Below, piece by piece: positions 1-11,730 of a stretch of DNA of 64,000 nt. Each line of letters begins with the position of its first letter. Position 1 is the first letter of the stretch. The notes beneath the pieces were generated by a model. That model saw nothing but the letters and a program-made list of their open reading frames with translations, was not told the DNA's origin and made no database searches. The position numbers and the translations under genes are program-made. The stretch is from Histomonas meleagridis 2922-C6/04-290x. Lineage: Eukaryota > Protista > Parabasalia. Location of the stretch: NCBI GenBank assembly GCA_020184695.1, contig JAANOX010000126.1, positions 310,001-374,000 on the forward strand, given 5' to 3'.

Positions 1-1928
1 AATTCATAAATTCAAAGAAGCAATGGAATCGATATTCAACAAACCTGAGTACAAGAAAAAATATAATTTATTCAACTATAATTATAATTTGTTTTCATTG
101 ATATTTTATTTTAATGAAATTATTTAAAGATTATCCAATTATTATGACCTTGAAAATGTAACAGAAAGATATTTTAAAATTCTTTAATAACTCATTAGTC
201 ATATAAAAAAGATAAATTATACATATAAATAGTTTAGAAATTAAACATATCTAATATATAACATTACTATATATGAAATATTCCAAAACTCCCGAAAAAA
301 AAATACATACAAAAAATGAACACTTTTATAAAAGCTATTAAATAAATTATCCCTGTATTAATAAAATTTTATATTTAGAAATTGTTTGTTTTTAAAACTA
401 TTCCCATTATAACATATGAGATATCTTTTTCAAAAACATAATAATATGAGAAATATTTATTGTTTCAAACAATGATAACAAGGCATCTTCAACTCATGTT
501 TTCTTTATAATTAAAAATTCTTTTATATCAATTTTAATTCAAATTTTCGGAAAATGGTGAAGTTCCATGAGAAATTTCAACAAAATTTTGGTTTGTCGAT
601 ATTTCAAACCATGGAAGTTTTGCACCATTCAACCTAAAAAAAGAACCTATTCCACTGAGCCAAAAAATCTTGCTCGAAAATAAAAGGTGATATAATTCTT
701 TGAAGCCTTACCATAAAAGCAGTTGCAAAAAATTCAATACTTTTTCCTGTTACCGATTGAAAATGCACAAAAGATCGTTAATTTGTGCAAAAAACACCTT
801 CTACTGAGCATACTTTGGAAGTTGATTTTGATTATTTTTTCATAAAAAAAACATTAATACTTAACAATGTGAATTTGTATTTATAAATATATCTTAATAA
901 ATTTTTATTAGGAAAAAATTGCAAACTCTAATGAATTTAAGTCTTGTAATTATTATTTATTAAAAAATCTATAACATCTATAATATATTTTTTTTATTTA
1001 CAGATACCATCAAGTGTTTTATTTTGATTTAATCTCAAGAATTCTATTTAACCACATTTGATTAGACATTAATATGATCATTATGATAGCATCTGTTAAA
1101 ATCAAAATGGATAGAACAAAGGAGGGATTAACCCAATCGAATTTATTAATATCCTTATATGCAACAAAGCAGTGTATACAAGTTGCAGAAATGTGTATCA
1201 GTGAGAATTAGTAGACCAAGAAAGATAAAAATTCACGCTACAAAATCAACAGTTCGCTTCATTGCTTTTTAATAAAACACGAACGTTATTTTGAAATAAC
1301 TCAGCACAAATATATAATATATATAATGGACTCAATATCATTCAAATCTTGAATCCATTTTTCAATGCCTAATAAGACAAAAAATCAGAACAACACCAAA
1401 CATTCGTTCAAAATTGAATTTGAGTTATGAAATTTGTTCCAACGTTGAAGAATGCCATTTCATGTGGCATCATTTACTTGTTTTCGACTTCATTCCATAA
1501 ATAGAGTATAAACAATAAGGCACAAATTACAAGAACTAAAGAAGACATGAAAAAAAGAGGATCAATATTAACGACAGAAAAAAAAATCAATATTATCAAA
1601 ATTGTATCAAATTAAATTCAAAAATATATGTAATGTCATATACATGGGTGGAGAGGAAGGGAGTTAAGGGACAATTGGGAAAAATAAGAAACAACAACAA
1701 CAAAATGTTGACCCATTAATGTGTGGGGAAATAAAAACTATATTCATTGGAATCACTAAATCATTCCATATTTAATTAAAATTTTTTTTACCAAATGATA
1801 TAACCACAACACAAACTTTGATCTATCTTAGAATCGCATGTAATAAATTTTTTGTTAAAAGGAATTTTGATTTAATATGAAGTTAAAGTTTGAGAAAACA
1901 ATTGACTAACAATTCTATAAAACATTTA

Positions 1929-2708
1929 TTAATTATGATTTGGAGGAGGTGGCGAAGGAATGTTGTCATTTCCGATATCTGAGTCAGATTCAAATGATAT
2001 ATTTTGATTATTCGTAGATTCCGTGTTTTCTTGAGTAACTTGCTCACTTTGGCTAACGTTTGGCGGATTGTCGGATTGATATGATGATGAATCTGAAAAT
2101 GAATTACTTTCATAATCTGTCGTTTCATCGGAATTTTGAATGAAATATGACTCGGGAACTTTGTTTCTCGAGACAACAAATGTGTTGCCATCATCTGTTT
2201 TCTGATAAAAAAGAACATTTGGATCCTTTTCAATAATTTCTTGAAGCCCTAAGTTTTTCTTCCTTTCATCAGAAAGAAAGTAACTTGATCTTCGAGTAGG
2301 TTCGTTTTGATTTGAAATCAGGTAAACATTTTCATTATCTTTGATAAAATAATCATTTCTTCGTTGACTTACTTTTTCAATTTCATTTGAAACAATTTCT
2401 TTCCCTTCTTTAATGTAGTTTACAATGGCTTTTGCCCATGTAACCTTTATGAATCTGCCATGAATTCTTTTTTCATTAAAACAATTAATTGCTGAAATCG
2501 CACTGATTTTATTTTTAAAGTCAATAAATGCCATTCCTGTGTTATTGCCAGTTGGATTCTTTACGATCTTGATCGATAGTATTTCCCCGCATTGTGAAAA
2601 AAAAGAAAATAAAGAATCTTTGTTTTCATTGAAGCTTAAATTAGAAACCATTAATGGGTATCGGTCAAGATCATCTGGAATTGTTTCGTTCAAGATTGTA
2701 TTTGTCAT
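1929..2708 (-). CDS. RRM (RNA recognition motif) protein with acidic/Ser-Asn-rich disordered C-terminus
   Basis: 259-aa ORF with RNP2-like LMVSNLS and RNP1-like GMAFIDF, ending HGRFIKVTWA as in RRM folds. Confidence 0.8.
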   Translation of the reverse strand: MTNTILNETIPDDLDRYPLMVSNLSFNENKDSLFSFFSQCGEILSIKIVKNPTGNNTGMAFIDFKNKISAISAINCFNEKRIHGRFIKVTWAKAIVNYIKEGKEIVSNEIEKVSQRRNDYFIKDNENVYLISNQNEPTRRSSYFLSDERKKNLGLQEIIEKDPNVLFYQKTDDGNTFVVSRNKVPESYFIQNSDETTDYESNSFSDSSSYQSDNPPNVSQSEQVTQENTESTNNQNISFESDSDIGNDNIPSPPPPNHN

Positions 2709-3110
2709 AAAAAATTGGCAAAAAGCACCTTATAAAAAAGGTTCGAAAAATTTCATTCTAAACATAACTAATATAAAAAATAATTACAAAGCCAATGATA
2801 AACTTGAAGGCATCTTTAAAATCAAACAAATGATTTTTTTATTTTAATTATATTTCCTTATTAATTCGTCTAAACTTTACACAATTTTGAAACCTTAATA
2901 TCAGAAACACCTTTTATCGAACATTATTTTTTATTGGCCATAATCGCCATGCCTAGAAATAATGTTCTATTAATGTTCATCAGATCAGATTAAATAACAT
3001 ACACAAAAAACATTTTTATTCTAAAAATTATTTTTATACAAAATGTACATTGAATAAAAAAAAACACTTCTAATTTTTTCTTTTTTCTTGGAATTTGTCC
3101 GGACATCCAT

Positions 3111-3195
3111 CCGTTTTTCAGCCGTTATTTTCCGTTAAATTTTTATTTCCGTTTTTTCAGAATTTTCTGAAAAACCCCAAATTGGTCACCTCACT
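3111..3195 (+). promoter_or_regulatory. Cyclophilin core promoter: four CCGTT repeats (M3/Myb-like) and Inr TCACT
   Basis: CCGTT at 3111, 3122, 3132 and 3149. TCACT at 3191-3195, 3 nt before the ATG at 3199, matches the trichomonad initiator consensus TCAYW. Confidence 0.55.
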
Positions 3196-3198
3196 TTG

Positions 3199-3708
3199 AT
3201 GTCAAACCCACGTGTTTACTTCGATGTTTCAATTGGCGGACAACCAGCCGGCCGTATTGTTTTCGAGCTTTTTGCTGACGTTGTTCCAAGGACAGCCGAA
3301 AACTTCCGTTGCCTTTGCACTGGCGAAAAGAGCACACCAGCAAAGAAACTTTCTTATAAGGGCTGCGTCTTCCACAGAATCATCCCCAATTTCATGATCC
3401 AAGGTGGTGATTTCACAAGAGGAAATGGAACAGGTGGTGAATCAATCTATGGATCCAAATTCGCTGATGAAAACTTCAAGCTCAAGCACACAGGCCCAGG
3501 AATTCTTTCCATGGCTAACGCTGGACCAAACACCAATGGTTCTCAATTCTTCATCACAACAGTTAAGACTGATTGGCTTGATGGAAAGCATGTTGTCTTC
3601 GGTAAGGTCGTTGAAGGCATGAACGTTGTTAAAGAACTCGAAAGGCAAGGATCTCAATCTGGCAAGACAAACAAACAATGCATCATTTCTGATTGTGGTC
3701 AACTTTAA
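3199..3708 (+). CDS. CYP: Cyclophilin-type peptidyl-prolyl cis-trans isomerase
   Basis: MSNPRVYFD..., [59 protein letters not shown]. The real ATG is at 3199; the ORF track starts at a TTG. Confidence 0.97.
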   Translation: MSNPRVYFDVSIGGQPAGRIVFELFADVVPRTAENFRCLCTGEKSTPAKKLSYKGCVFHRIIPNFMIQGGDFTRGNGTGGESIYGSKFADENFKLKHTGPGILSMANAGPNTNGSQFFITTVKTDWLDGKHVVFGKVVEGMNVVKELERQGSQSGKTNKQCIISDCGQL

Positions 3709-4153
3709 GTAAATCACCAGCAGACCTTCAAATCTTTTTCGATAGAAGCTGTTATTTTCAGAATAAATGTTGATTCCAGCATAAGTAAACGACAAAAGCT
3801 ATTTTATGTACAACCTTAAATGTGTAATTGGTTCATGAGATATTTCAATTGACAAATTAATATTTTGCCTTTTGAAGAATATTAAAATTTATTGTTCTTT
3901 AAATTGTTTCTCTCAGAGAAATGTTTAGTTTTTGCATTCATAAAAGAAAAAATAAATTTTTAATTTCTTATCAAAAATTAACATAAAACTTTCTAGGTAA
4001 AAAATTCAACTTTGTTTAAACGAGTTTCAAACAATTCTGCTTAATATGAAAGTATTTCTTTAGAGAACGCGTTATGAATAGTTTTCGGTGATCATTCCGA
4101 TAGAAACCGTCAGACTTGGGAATTGAATGAAAATCGGAGGTTAGACTTCATAA

Positions 4154-4759
4154 ATGAGACGTCTTTTCGGAAGAAAGAAGGAAGTTCCACAAGGACCATC
4201 ACTCCAAGAAACATCGGAACAGTTGGGCGCAAAAAGCTCACATATGGACAAAGAGATTAATGAAATTAATGTAAAATTGGCAAAGATCACAAGAGATATG
4301 AAAAACCCTGCAAATAAAGGACGCCAAGCTGCGCTCAAAAGACAGGCAATGATGCTCCTTAAACGTAGGAAGATGCTCGAAGCACATCAAAACACATTAG
4401 AAGGACAAAGATTCAATCTTGACCAAATATCTTTCACTCAAGACCAAATCCAAACAACAATTCAAACAGCTAATACAATGAAATCGACTGCACAAACAAT
4501 GAAGAAGCAAATGAAACAAATTTCTATCGAAGGTGTCGAAGATACAATGTTTGATATGGAAGATATGCTTGAAGACGCAAATGAAATTAGTGGATTGCTT
4601 GCTGGTGGTATCGGTGAACAATATGATGAAGGAGATCTTGAAGCTGAACTTGATGGACTAATGGAAGGTGACGACTTCTCTCTTGAAGGACTTGAAGGAG
4701 ATACAGAAGCAACAACTTCAGCTGAAGCAGAAACTGAGCCACCAACAATTACATTCTAA
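4154..4759 (+). CDS. VPS60: ESCRT-III Snf7-family protein, Vps60/CHMP5-like
   Basis: MRRLFGRKKE..PSL start, KRQAMMLLKRRKMLE..Q..L..QRFNLDQ helix and acidic DEGDLEAELD tail, typical of CHMP5/Vps60. Confidence 0.8.
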   Translation: MRRLFGRKKEVPQGPSLQETSEQLGAKSSHMDKEINEINVKLAKITRDMKNPANKGRQAALKRQAMMLLKRRKMLEAHQNTLEGQRFNLDQISFTQDQIQTTIQTANTMKSTAQTMKKQMKQISIEGVEDTMFDMEDMLEDANEISGLLAGGIGEQYDEGDLEAELDGLMEGDDFSLEGLEGDTEATTSAEAETEPPTITF

Positions 4760-5231
4760 ACCTACCATTGATAATAAATATCATTTAATCACTCGAAAAT
4801 TAGCTTCACCAAAAGCTTTTAGTTAATGGTCATTTGTTTTCGAACTGCCAATTGTGGTAAAAATATGATACATTTTAGTAATGATACTTTTTGACTGTTT
4901 AAAAAATATTAATTCGAATGCCTTTAAGAGTAATTCTTTTTATATGGTATTGTGTCACTAACTGTTCAAGTTTTTGAGATGAAATTTAAAAAAATATATT
5001 TTCGATATATTCAGATTAAAAATTCTTTAACAGGCAATAAGTGCGAATGTTATTTTATAACATTAATTAATTCATTGGCTTATAATAGAATGAAACCAAA
5101 ACATTTGAGGAAAGTAAAAATGTACGTTTAAAATATATTGACTATCTTTGTTCAAATAATCTCAAACGAAAAGTACAAAACAAGCGCACAAAGAAACATT
5201 AAGTCGACTTAAAAGAGAAAACCAAGAGCAG

Positions 5232-5759
5232 TTGGATACAATCAATAATTTATGGGAGACACTGAATCTGCCAAAATCACCTGAATCATTTTTGTTCTCT
5301 AAAAATCACAATAGTTTGAATACAATACAGAGTCTCAAAGAAAAATTAACTGAAAAGCAAACAAAACTTGAAGTTCTTCGGGAAAAAACAAAAAAATATT
5401 TAAAAAGAGCCCAAAAACTCGAGGATCTTATTATACAAAATGAAGCTGAAAAAACAAAAATATTGGAAGATTTTCAAGAGAACGCCAACAAAGCTGATTC
5501 AAGTATATCAAATTTAGATGTGATACATACAACAAGAATTTTTCATAATGAATCATATTATGAAGATAACAATTCTATAATAAAGCATAACGAAGAAACG
5601 ATATCTGAATTAAAGCGAAAAATCGATGATGCGAATAAACTAATTCAAAGGCTTCGAAATGATCAGATCATATTGAAAAAAGCTCTATCTGAAGTGAGTT
5701 CAACAGTAAATTCTAATTCTTTAATTAGTTCGAAAAAGGGTTCTCGTCTGGTTTCTTGA
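5232..5759 (+). CDS. Coiled-coil hypothetical protein, 5' end unresolved
   Basis: 175-aa K/E-rich heptad ORF. The frame is open back to 5160 but has no ATG, so the true start needs a frameshift correction or an intron. Confidence 0.4.
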   Translation: MDTINNLWETLNLPKSPESFLFSKNHNSLNTIQSLKEKLTEKQTKLEVLREKTKKYLKRAQKLEDLIIQNEAEKTKILEDFQENANKADSSISNLDVIHTTRIFHNESYYEDNNSIIKHNEETISELKRKIDDANKLIQRLRNDQIILKKALSEVSSTVNSNSLISSKKGSRLVS

Positions 5760-5990
5760 GGTTTTTCGAGAAAAACGTCATTGTGAAGTCTGTTTTTTCA
5801 AAATAAAAAACAAAAAATGTTGCTGTAAAATAAAGCATTTTTTGATTCAAAAAGTTTTCTAAACCCCTCTCAAAACAACCAGAAAAAACAACCAATTCCT
5901 CTCAATTTTTGGGGCGCCTGAGATGATAAACATTGAAAGTTCGGAGGTTTTTCTTTTCAAAATGAGGCCAAACACATAACCAGAATTCGA

Positions 5991-7397
5991 ATGAGTGAAG
6001 AAATTGTTCAACAGGCTTCTGATGATATTGAGACACTCGAAAGTAAAATTGAAAAAATGGAACAAGGAATTGAAGAATTAGAAAAAAGAAAACAAGAATG
6101 TGAACAAAAAAATAAAGAACTTCAAATTCAGAATTGGAAATCAAATCCAAACAATACTCTTACTAATGACCAATTGGATCAGTTATACACTGAAAGAGAA
6201 AGTCTTGACAAGGAAATTAAAAAAGCTAATACAAAAGTCGAATCTCTTTTAAAAAAGGAAAAAAGACAAAAATCTAAAATAAAATCACTTCGAAAAGAAC
6301 TCAAAACATTGGAACAGTCAATAGATGAAATAAAAAAGGATAAAGAAAAAGTTTTAGAAGTAAATGATAATATTAAAAGCGAAATATCTGAACTTCAAGC
6401 AAACATTGATGCTCAAACAAAAGAGTTAGAGAAGTTAAAAGATGAAATGCAACATTTCACACAAAAAAGAGACGCTTCACTCTCATTTCTTCGTGATAAT
6501 GAACAAAGCAATCATAGGCCAATTACCCAATTTAACAAGAGCGTAAAAGTTTCTTCAGAAATAACAGCAATTTCATTTTCAAATGATCATAAATCTATTT
6601 TTACAGCTGACAAAAGTTGTAAACTAACCCAATGGAGTCTACCAGCAGCTGGTGAAATGAACACATGTGCTTTGGATTCCATTGCTCATAATATCGTTGT
6701 TTCCCCTGATCAGCAGCTTGCAATTGTTCCTTGCGCTGACAAAACCGTCGAAATTATCGATTTTCTCACAATTCGAAGGAAATGTGAACTGAAAAGCCAC
6801 GAAGATGAGTGCACTGATGCAGAATGGATTGATAGGAATAGAATCATAAGCTCATCTCTTGATCGTACTGTTAAGATATTTGATATTAATTCTAATTCAT
6901 GTGTTTCTACGATTCTTGTTTTTGGATCTGGATATTCAATTTGCCCAACAAATAGTGATAATGTTTTTGCTGTTGGTTGCTCAGATGGAAGTATCCGTGT
7001 TGTAGATATTCGTGCTAAAAAAGTTGTCCAAAAAATTAAATCTGTTCATCAAAAACAAGTTACATCAGTAATCAAGAATCCTGGCAAAGATACTGTGTTC
7101 TCACTCGGATTAGATGGCAATGTTTGTGAAACTAGTTTGTCAGCGGCAAATGCAATCCAAAAATTATCAAATCCAGAATTAGTTATCACAAACAGTTACG
7201 CTCGAATTTCAACAGACCCTAATGGTGGCTTTGTGGCTGCCGGATCTAAGACTGGTTCAATTGTTGTTTTTGACATGTGGGATAATTCACAAGAACCATT
7301 GATTCTCAAACATCACAAAAAAGAAGTCGTCTGTTCATTATATGCATCAAATGCAATTATTGCTGCATCCGGAACTCATTTGTCTTTTTGGAGCTGA
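5991..7397 (+). CDS. Coiled-coil + WD40 repeat protein, ATG16L/TipD-like
   Basis: N-terminal ~160-aa coiled coil, then WD repeats (SSSLDRTVKIFD, GCSDGSIRVVDIR, ARISTDPNGGFVAAGSKTGSIVVFD) resembling the ATG16L C-terminal propeller. Confidence 0.7.
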   Translation: MSEEIVQQASDDIETLESKIEKMEQGIEELEKRKQECEQKNKELQIQNWKSNPNNTLTNDQLDQLYTERESLDKEIKKANTKVESLLKKEKRQKSKIKSLRKELKTLEQSIDEIKKDKEKVLEVNDNIKSEISELQANIDAQTKELEKLKDEMQHFTQKRDASLSFLRDNEQSNHRPITQFNKSVKVSSEITAISFSNDHKSIFTADKSCKLTQWSLPAAGEMNTCALDSIAHNIVVSPDQQLAIVPCADKTVEIIDFLTIRRKCELKSHEDECTDAEWIDRNRIISSSLDRTVKIFDINSNSCVSTILVFGSGYSICPTNSDNVFAVGCSDGSIRVVDIRAKKVVQKIKSVHQKQVTSVIKNPGKDTVFSLGLDGNVCETSLSAANAIQKLSNPELVITNSYARISTDPNGGFVAAGSKTGSIVVFDMWDNSQEPLILKHHKKEVVCSLYASNAIIAASGTHLSFWS

Positions 7398-8310
7398 ACG
7401 CGGATTTAATAAAAATTCGAGTTTACTTATATATCTTTTGTTACAATCAAATTGTAATTGTTAAATTGATTTGTTTTGTTGTTCCAAGTTTCATTCATAA
7501 GATTTTGTTCACAAAAAATTCATTTCATTTTCATAAAATTTGCAACGAATAGTTTTATCATTTTCTCCTCTTTATAAATTTTTTAGTTAAAATGTTATGT
7601 GATGTATGTGGAGCATTGTTAGAAAATAGTAAATTTAAATTAAAAAATCATCATATTGACTTTCATCATAAATTTCATCCTGGTTACTAATATGATGTGT
7701 TTCATTATAATTATTGTGTTTTAGTAAAATTTGGATTTTGTTCAATAATTTTAAAACTTCTATAACATTGATAAAAAATATTAAAAGCATTATCAATGAA
7801 CCAGCTAATATTCCCGCTAAAACATCTTTTGAAATCTGATTATTAAGTTCATAAAATAAGTTTGTACAGAAAATAAATCGCATATATAAAATTTAAAATA
7901 AAATACTTAATATAAATTTTTTCCTTTTGATTCCTATTCAATAAAACAATATCTGAAATTAACTTTATTTTATTAGTTTTAAGGTTACAATTTTTGATGC
8001 AGATTCTAAAAGGTTATTGTAAAAACCAAAATAATTTAAAAAAGAACAATAAAGATGCTGTTAAAAGAGAACATAAAAGATTTAATTTTATTTTATGTTT
8101 CATTTTAACTAAATGAAAGATGCGAGAAGAATCAGGAACATATGATTTGTAGATGTTTAATCTTATTCTGCTTATATGCAGTGACCTTATCATAATTCTG
8201 GAGATGAACATTGGAATAGTCATCAAATAATACAAGGAGTTTCTCTTTACTATGATATTATTCATTAAGAATAAGTAGATGATTTAAAGTTTAAAATAGA
8301 AAAATGAAAA

Positions 8311-8641
8311 GCACTTGATCTTGGATATAATGGAATTGATGTTAATGCAGTAACTAACTTTCAGACTAAAATTTTTTTTGTTTAATTGTGAATATTATTT
8401 CTAAATTTGTTTAATATATTTTCACAAAATGGTTATACAGAAATAATTAAATTACTTCTTGATAAAGAAGGAATTGATATCAATGTTAAAAATAATCATT
8501 TGTTTTAGTTAAAGTTTATCATAATATTTTAATTTACAAATTCTATTTAAAATTTCCAATCCAGCTATGAGATTAGCAATGAAAAAAGATGACAAAGTAA
8601 TTTACTTAAAGAAAATAAGTAAATTAAATGAACAAAATTAA
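8311..8641 (+). pseudogene. Relic of the interrupted-ankyrin family
   Basis: GIDVNA and QNGYTEIIKLLLDKEGIDINVKN cassettes separated by AT-rich non-coding stretches at the same position as in the two larger loci. No N-terminal domain is visible. Confidence 0.55.
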
Positions 8642-9099
8642 TTTTTAAATTTATTACTAGCAATTTTTTCAGCTGAAAAAAATAGCGAATATAAAAGTCC
8701 TTATTAATGATTGTTAAATGCATTTAACTTATTATTTTAATGATTTATTAATAATGCATAAAGCAATTTTAATTTTTTTTTATACCTTTGAGCTTAATTA
8801 ATAGGATTATTTTTATTAAAGAAATTTTGTTATTACGAGAACTTTGTTAATAAACATGATTAATCATAGCTTTTTAATACATAAATGCATATATTATATC
8901 AAATTATTTTATAAATATATTTTGATGAAACATCGTGTATTTATTTTCATTAATTTGATTTTTTTTAACCGGAAAAGTGGATTGCGCGTTTCTGAGTGAA
9001 ACACAATCCATCCCAACTTTTTGACTACTCCACTGAAAAATTCAAATTCGAATGTAAATGTAAGGGCACCCCACGAATTGAATTTTTTCCCATTGGACA

Positions 9100-11730
9100 T
9101 TGCACATGAACATCGATCCAAATCTTCAAAACGAACTTGCAACTGCTCTGGAGCTGTATCTCGATGAAACTCATGATGGGCGCACACAAGCATTCAAATT
9201 TCTCGCGGAATTTCGAAGCAGAAGTATGATCGATTTTATTGTATACCTTATGCTTCACCTTTCTAACCTCCAAACGTCTACAAATTCAAGAACAGTCGCA
9301 GCTGTTCTATTATATTCCGCAATATATAAGCGTTCACCTGAGGCACAACGTCATTTTATCCAACAATGGCTCAATGTTAACATCGAAATACGTGAACAAC
9401 TCCGCTTCGCAGCAACAAATAACTTTGCATCTGATCCTAACTTAACTCTTAGACAACAATGTGCACATTTACTTGGATTATTTTATGCGATTGAATTTTC
9501 TTCGTTTTGTATTCGTGACCCTATCAATCCAACGTTCAAATCTCTTTTCATTGAGCTTGTTGAAACCGCACAAAATACACCTGATCCAGAATTGAAATGT
9601 CTTTTATATTCATTATTTGCTACATTTTCATTCCATACACAAGAAATCAATCCAAACTGTGCAAAAGACCGAAACATTACTGACATTATAAAGCAATCTC
9701 GATTACTTGAAGTATTCCTTATCGGAATGAGGACAATGCACCCAATTGTTCAAAAGGCAGCCATCCAAGCCATGACAGTTTCTTTGTTAGTTCTCAAGCG
9801 GGAAATATCTTTTGAAAATAATCGCGATGCATTAATGGTTACACTTTTCGAGATCATTACAGGCAGCCTGGAAGTCCCCGACTTATACATTGCGGGATGT
9901 CAACTTCTCAGGAAACTTATTGACTATTGTTATCCTGACGTTATTGCTCATATGAAATCGATCGAAGAAATCACATTAAATGACCTTAGAAGTGGTGTTC
10001 CTGACCGTCAGATTCAAGCGTGCTTCATTTGGTCGGTTGTAGCAGAAGTTGAATGGGATATCAATAATCCAGAAAAACATCAAGTCAAATATAAACACAG
10101 AGAATTTCATCAACTTGGAGGAGATGGCTTTTCATTGGACGCATTTAGAAATCTATTTGAAAGTCTTGTTTTAATAATGTGTAACATCAATGAAAATGAA
10201 ACAGATGCCAACATTGGTATTGAGCTTTCCCCAGTCAATGCAGCATTTGTTTGTATTTCCAACCTTGCAAAAGCCATTGATCAATTTGCACTTGAACCAA
10301 TGTTCAAATTTGTTCAAGCATATGCCGCAGCTCCTGATTGGCGTTTTCGTTACACCAGTGCGCTACTTCTTAACGCAGCTTCTCAACTTCCAAGCTTTAC
10401 TGATAACATCAAAAATATCTTTGTAGGGTTTGACTTTTTTGTCAAGACTATTGCCGACCCAATCCCACGTATCTCCGAGGTCGCCATGTGGTCTCTCGGC
10501 CGCATGATCGAAGAGATCCCCGAATTGGCATCTGACGAGCAGCGGTTTAATGTCATTTGCGATAACGTTCTCCAGCGGCTTAACGTCTCCGAGGAATTAA
10601 CATCACGCGCGTGCTGGTTATTGGGCACCAGTTTCTGCGCCTTTTCCGCAGAAGAAGTCGAGTCTCCACTCGCAAAGAACTTTGTGAAGTTATCCGAGAA
10701 CTTATTACAAGTGGTTGACGTTTATGGAGTTACAGCACAAGATGCAGCATTCGGAGCATTGAATAGACTCGTGGAACATACTTCATCCACTTTAACTGCC
10801 CCATATAATCTTTTATTCCAAAAAGCAACTGCAAAACTTCAGACATTAATCGAAGATGAAAATGCAATCAGAAACAACGCTAAGTATACACAAGAACTTA
10901 TTGGACTACTGTCATTAATACAAGCTATAGTTATAAACGTTGGCCCAATCATATCAAGCGTATCAGATGAATTAATGATGTTGTTGATACGCTCCTTGAA
11001 TTTGTTGGGTGGAGAGTTAGTCTGTGAGGTGCTACCTGCTATGGGTGCTGTAGCTCGAGCAATTGGATCTAATTTTGGAAAATATCTTCAAGTACTCTTG
11101 GGCAAAGTATTCGAATATCTATCACAAGAAGAATACGTACAGCCAGCGGCCGTCTTTGTTAATGATATTTTCAACGCGTTTGAATCATTTCCAGATGAGT
11201 TAACAAATCAGTTTGTCCAAACCTTATTTAAGGCCTTACAAATGGAGAACCTGACAATACAAGCTCGTCTTGCGACCTTTACAGCGTTATCTGAAATCGC
11301 CAAACAAATCGGACCCAAATCAATACCATGGCTTGAAGCATTTTTGGAACTGTTGGAAGAGGAGTCACGGTCAGTCATGCCCAATAACAATGACATTGAC
11401 CTTAACAATGCCAATACATTTGTCATTGAAGCGTTACAAATCTATCAAACATTAGTCCCAATCTTACAGCAAATACCTAAGGGCGACAGGAAAATACGTA
11501 ACTTCTTCTACATCTTCGAGAAGATCACGAACTTGGAGAAGATCGACGACGAGATCCTGATCCAGTCCGTTCTTCTGATTCGTTTGATTGCGATCACTTT
11601 TGGCAGGAAGGTGAACGTTTACATAAATAAACCGGCGGTTTGGACGATACTGAAAATGGCAAGCGAATCGCAGGAAGAAAACTTGGCATTGCTGGGTACA
11701 CAAGTGCTGGAAATAGTGCGTCAGTTTTGA
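9100..11730 (+). CDS. Importin-beta (karyopherin beta-1)-like HEAT repeat protein
   Basis: 876 aa, IBN_N-like start and HEAT helices with PDWRFRYTSALLL and SEVAMWSLGRM matching importin-beta HEAT repeats. Confidence 0.75.
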   Translation: MHMNIDPNLQNELATALELYLDETHDGRTQAFKFLAEFRSRSMIDFIVYLMLHLSNLQTSTNSRTVAAVLLYSAIYKRSPEAQRHFIQQWLNVNIEIREQLRFAATNNFASDPNLTLRQQCAHLLGLFYAIEFSSFCIRDPINPTFKSLFIELVETAQNTPDPELKCLLYSLFATFSFHTQEINPNCAKDRNITDIIKQSRLLEVFLIGMRTMHPIVQKAAIQAMTVSLLVLKREISFENNRDALMVTLFEIITGSLEVPDLYIAGCQLLRKLIDYCYPDVIAHMKSIEEITLNDLRSGVPDRQIQACFIWSVVAEVEWDINNPEKHQVKYKHREFHQLGGDGFSLDAFRNLFESLVLIMCNINENETDANIGIELSPVNAAFVCISNLAKAIDQFALEPMFKFVQAYAAAPDWRFRYTSALLLNAASQLPSFTDNIKNIFVGFDFFVKTIADPIPRISEVAMWSLGRMIEEIPELASDEQRFNVICDNVLQRLNVSEELTSRACWLLGTSFCAFSAEEVESPLAKNFVKLSENLLQVVDVYGVTAQDAAFGALNRLVEHTSSTLTAPYNLLFQKATAKLQTLIEDENAIRNNAKYTQELIGLLSLIQAIVINVGPIISSVSDELMMLLIRSLNLLGGELVCEVLPAMGAVARAIGSNFGKYLQVLLGKVFEYLSQEEYVQPAAVFVNDIFNAFESFPDELTNQFVQTLFKALQMENLTIQARLATFTALSEIAKQIGPKSIPWLEAFLELLEEESRSVMPNNNDIDLNNANTFVIEALQIYQTLVPILQQIPKGDRKIRNFFYIFEKITNLEKIDDEILIQSVLLIRLIAITFGRKVNVYINKPAVWTILKMASESQEENLALLGTQVLEIVRQF

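Noticed and set aside
980-1560. Hydrophobic coding-like fragments on the minus strand (also 7635-8265 and 60790-61140, 62760-63150)
   Set aside because: Many stops and frame changes and no recognisable family; possibly old pseudogenes but unsupported.
8350-8364. Spliceosomal 3' signal ACTAAC-TTT-CAG
   Set aside because: The spacing matches the trichomonad consensus, but I could not identify a convincing donor that restores an ORF, and the stretch reads as ankyrin-like coding (NAVTNFQT).
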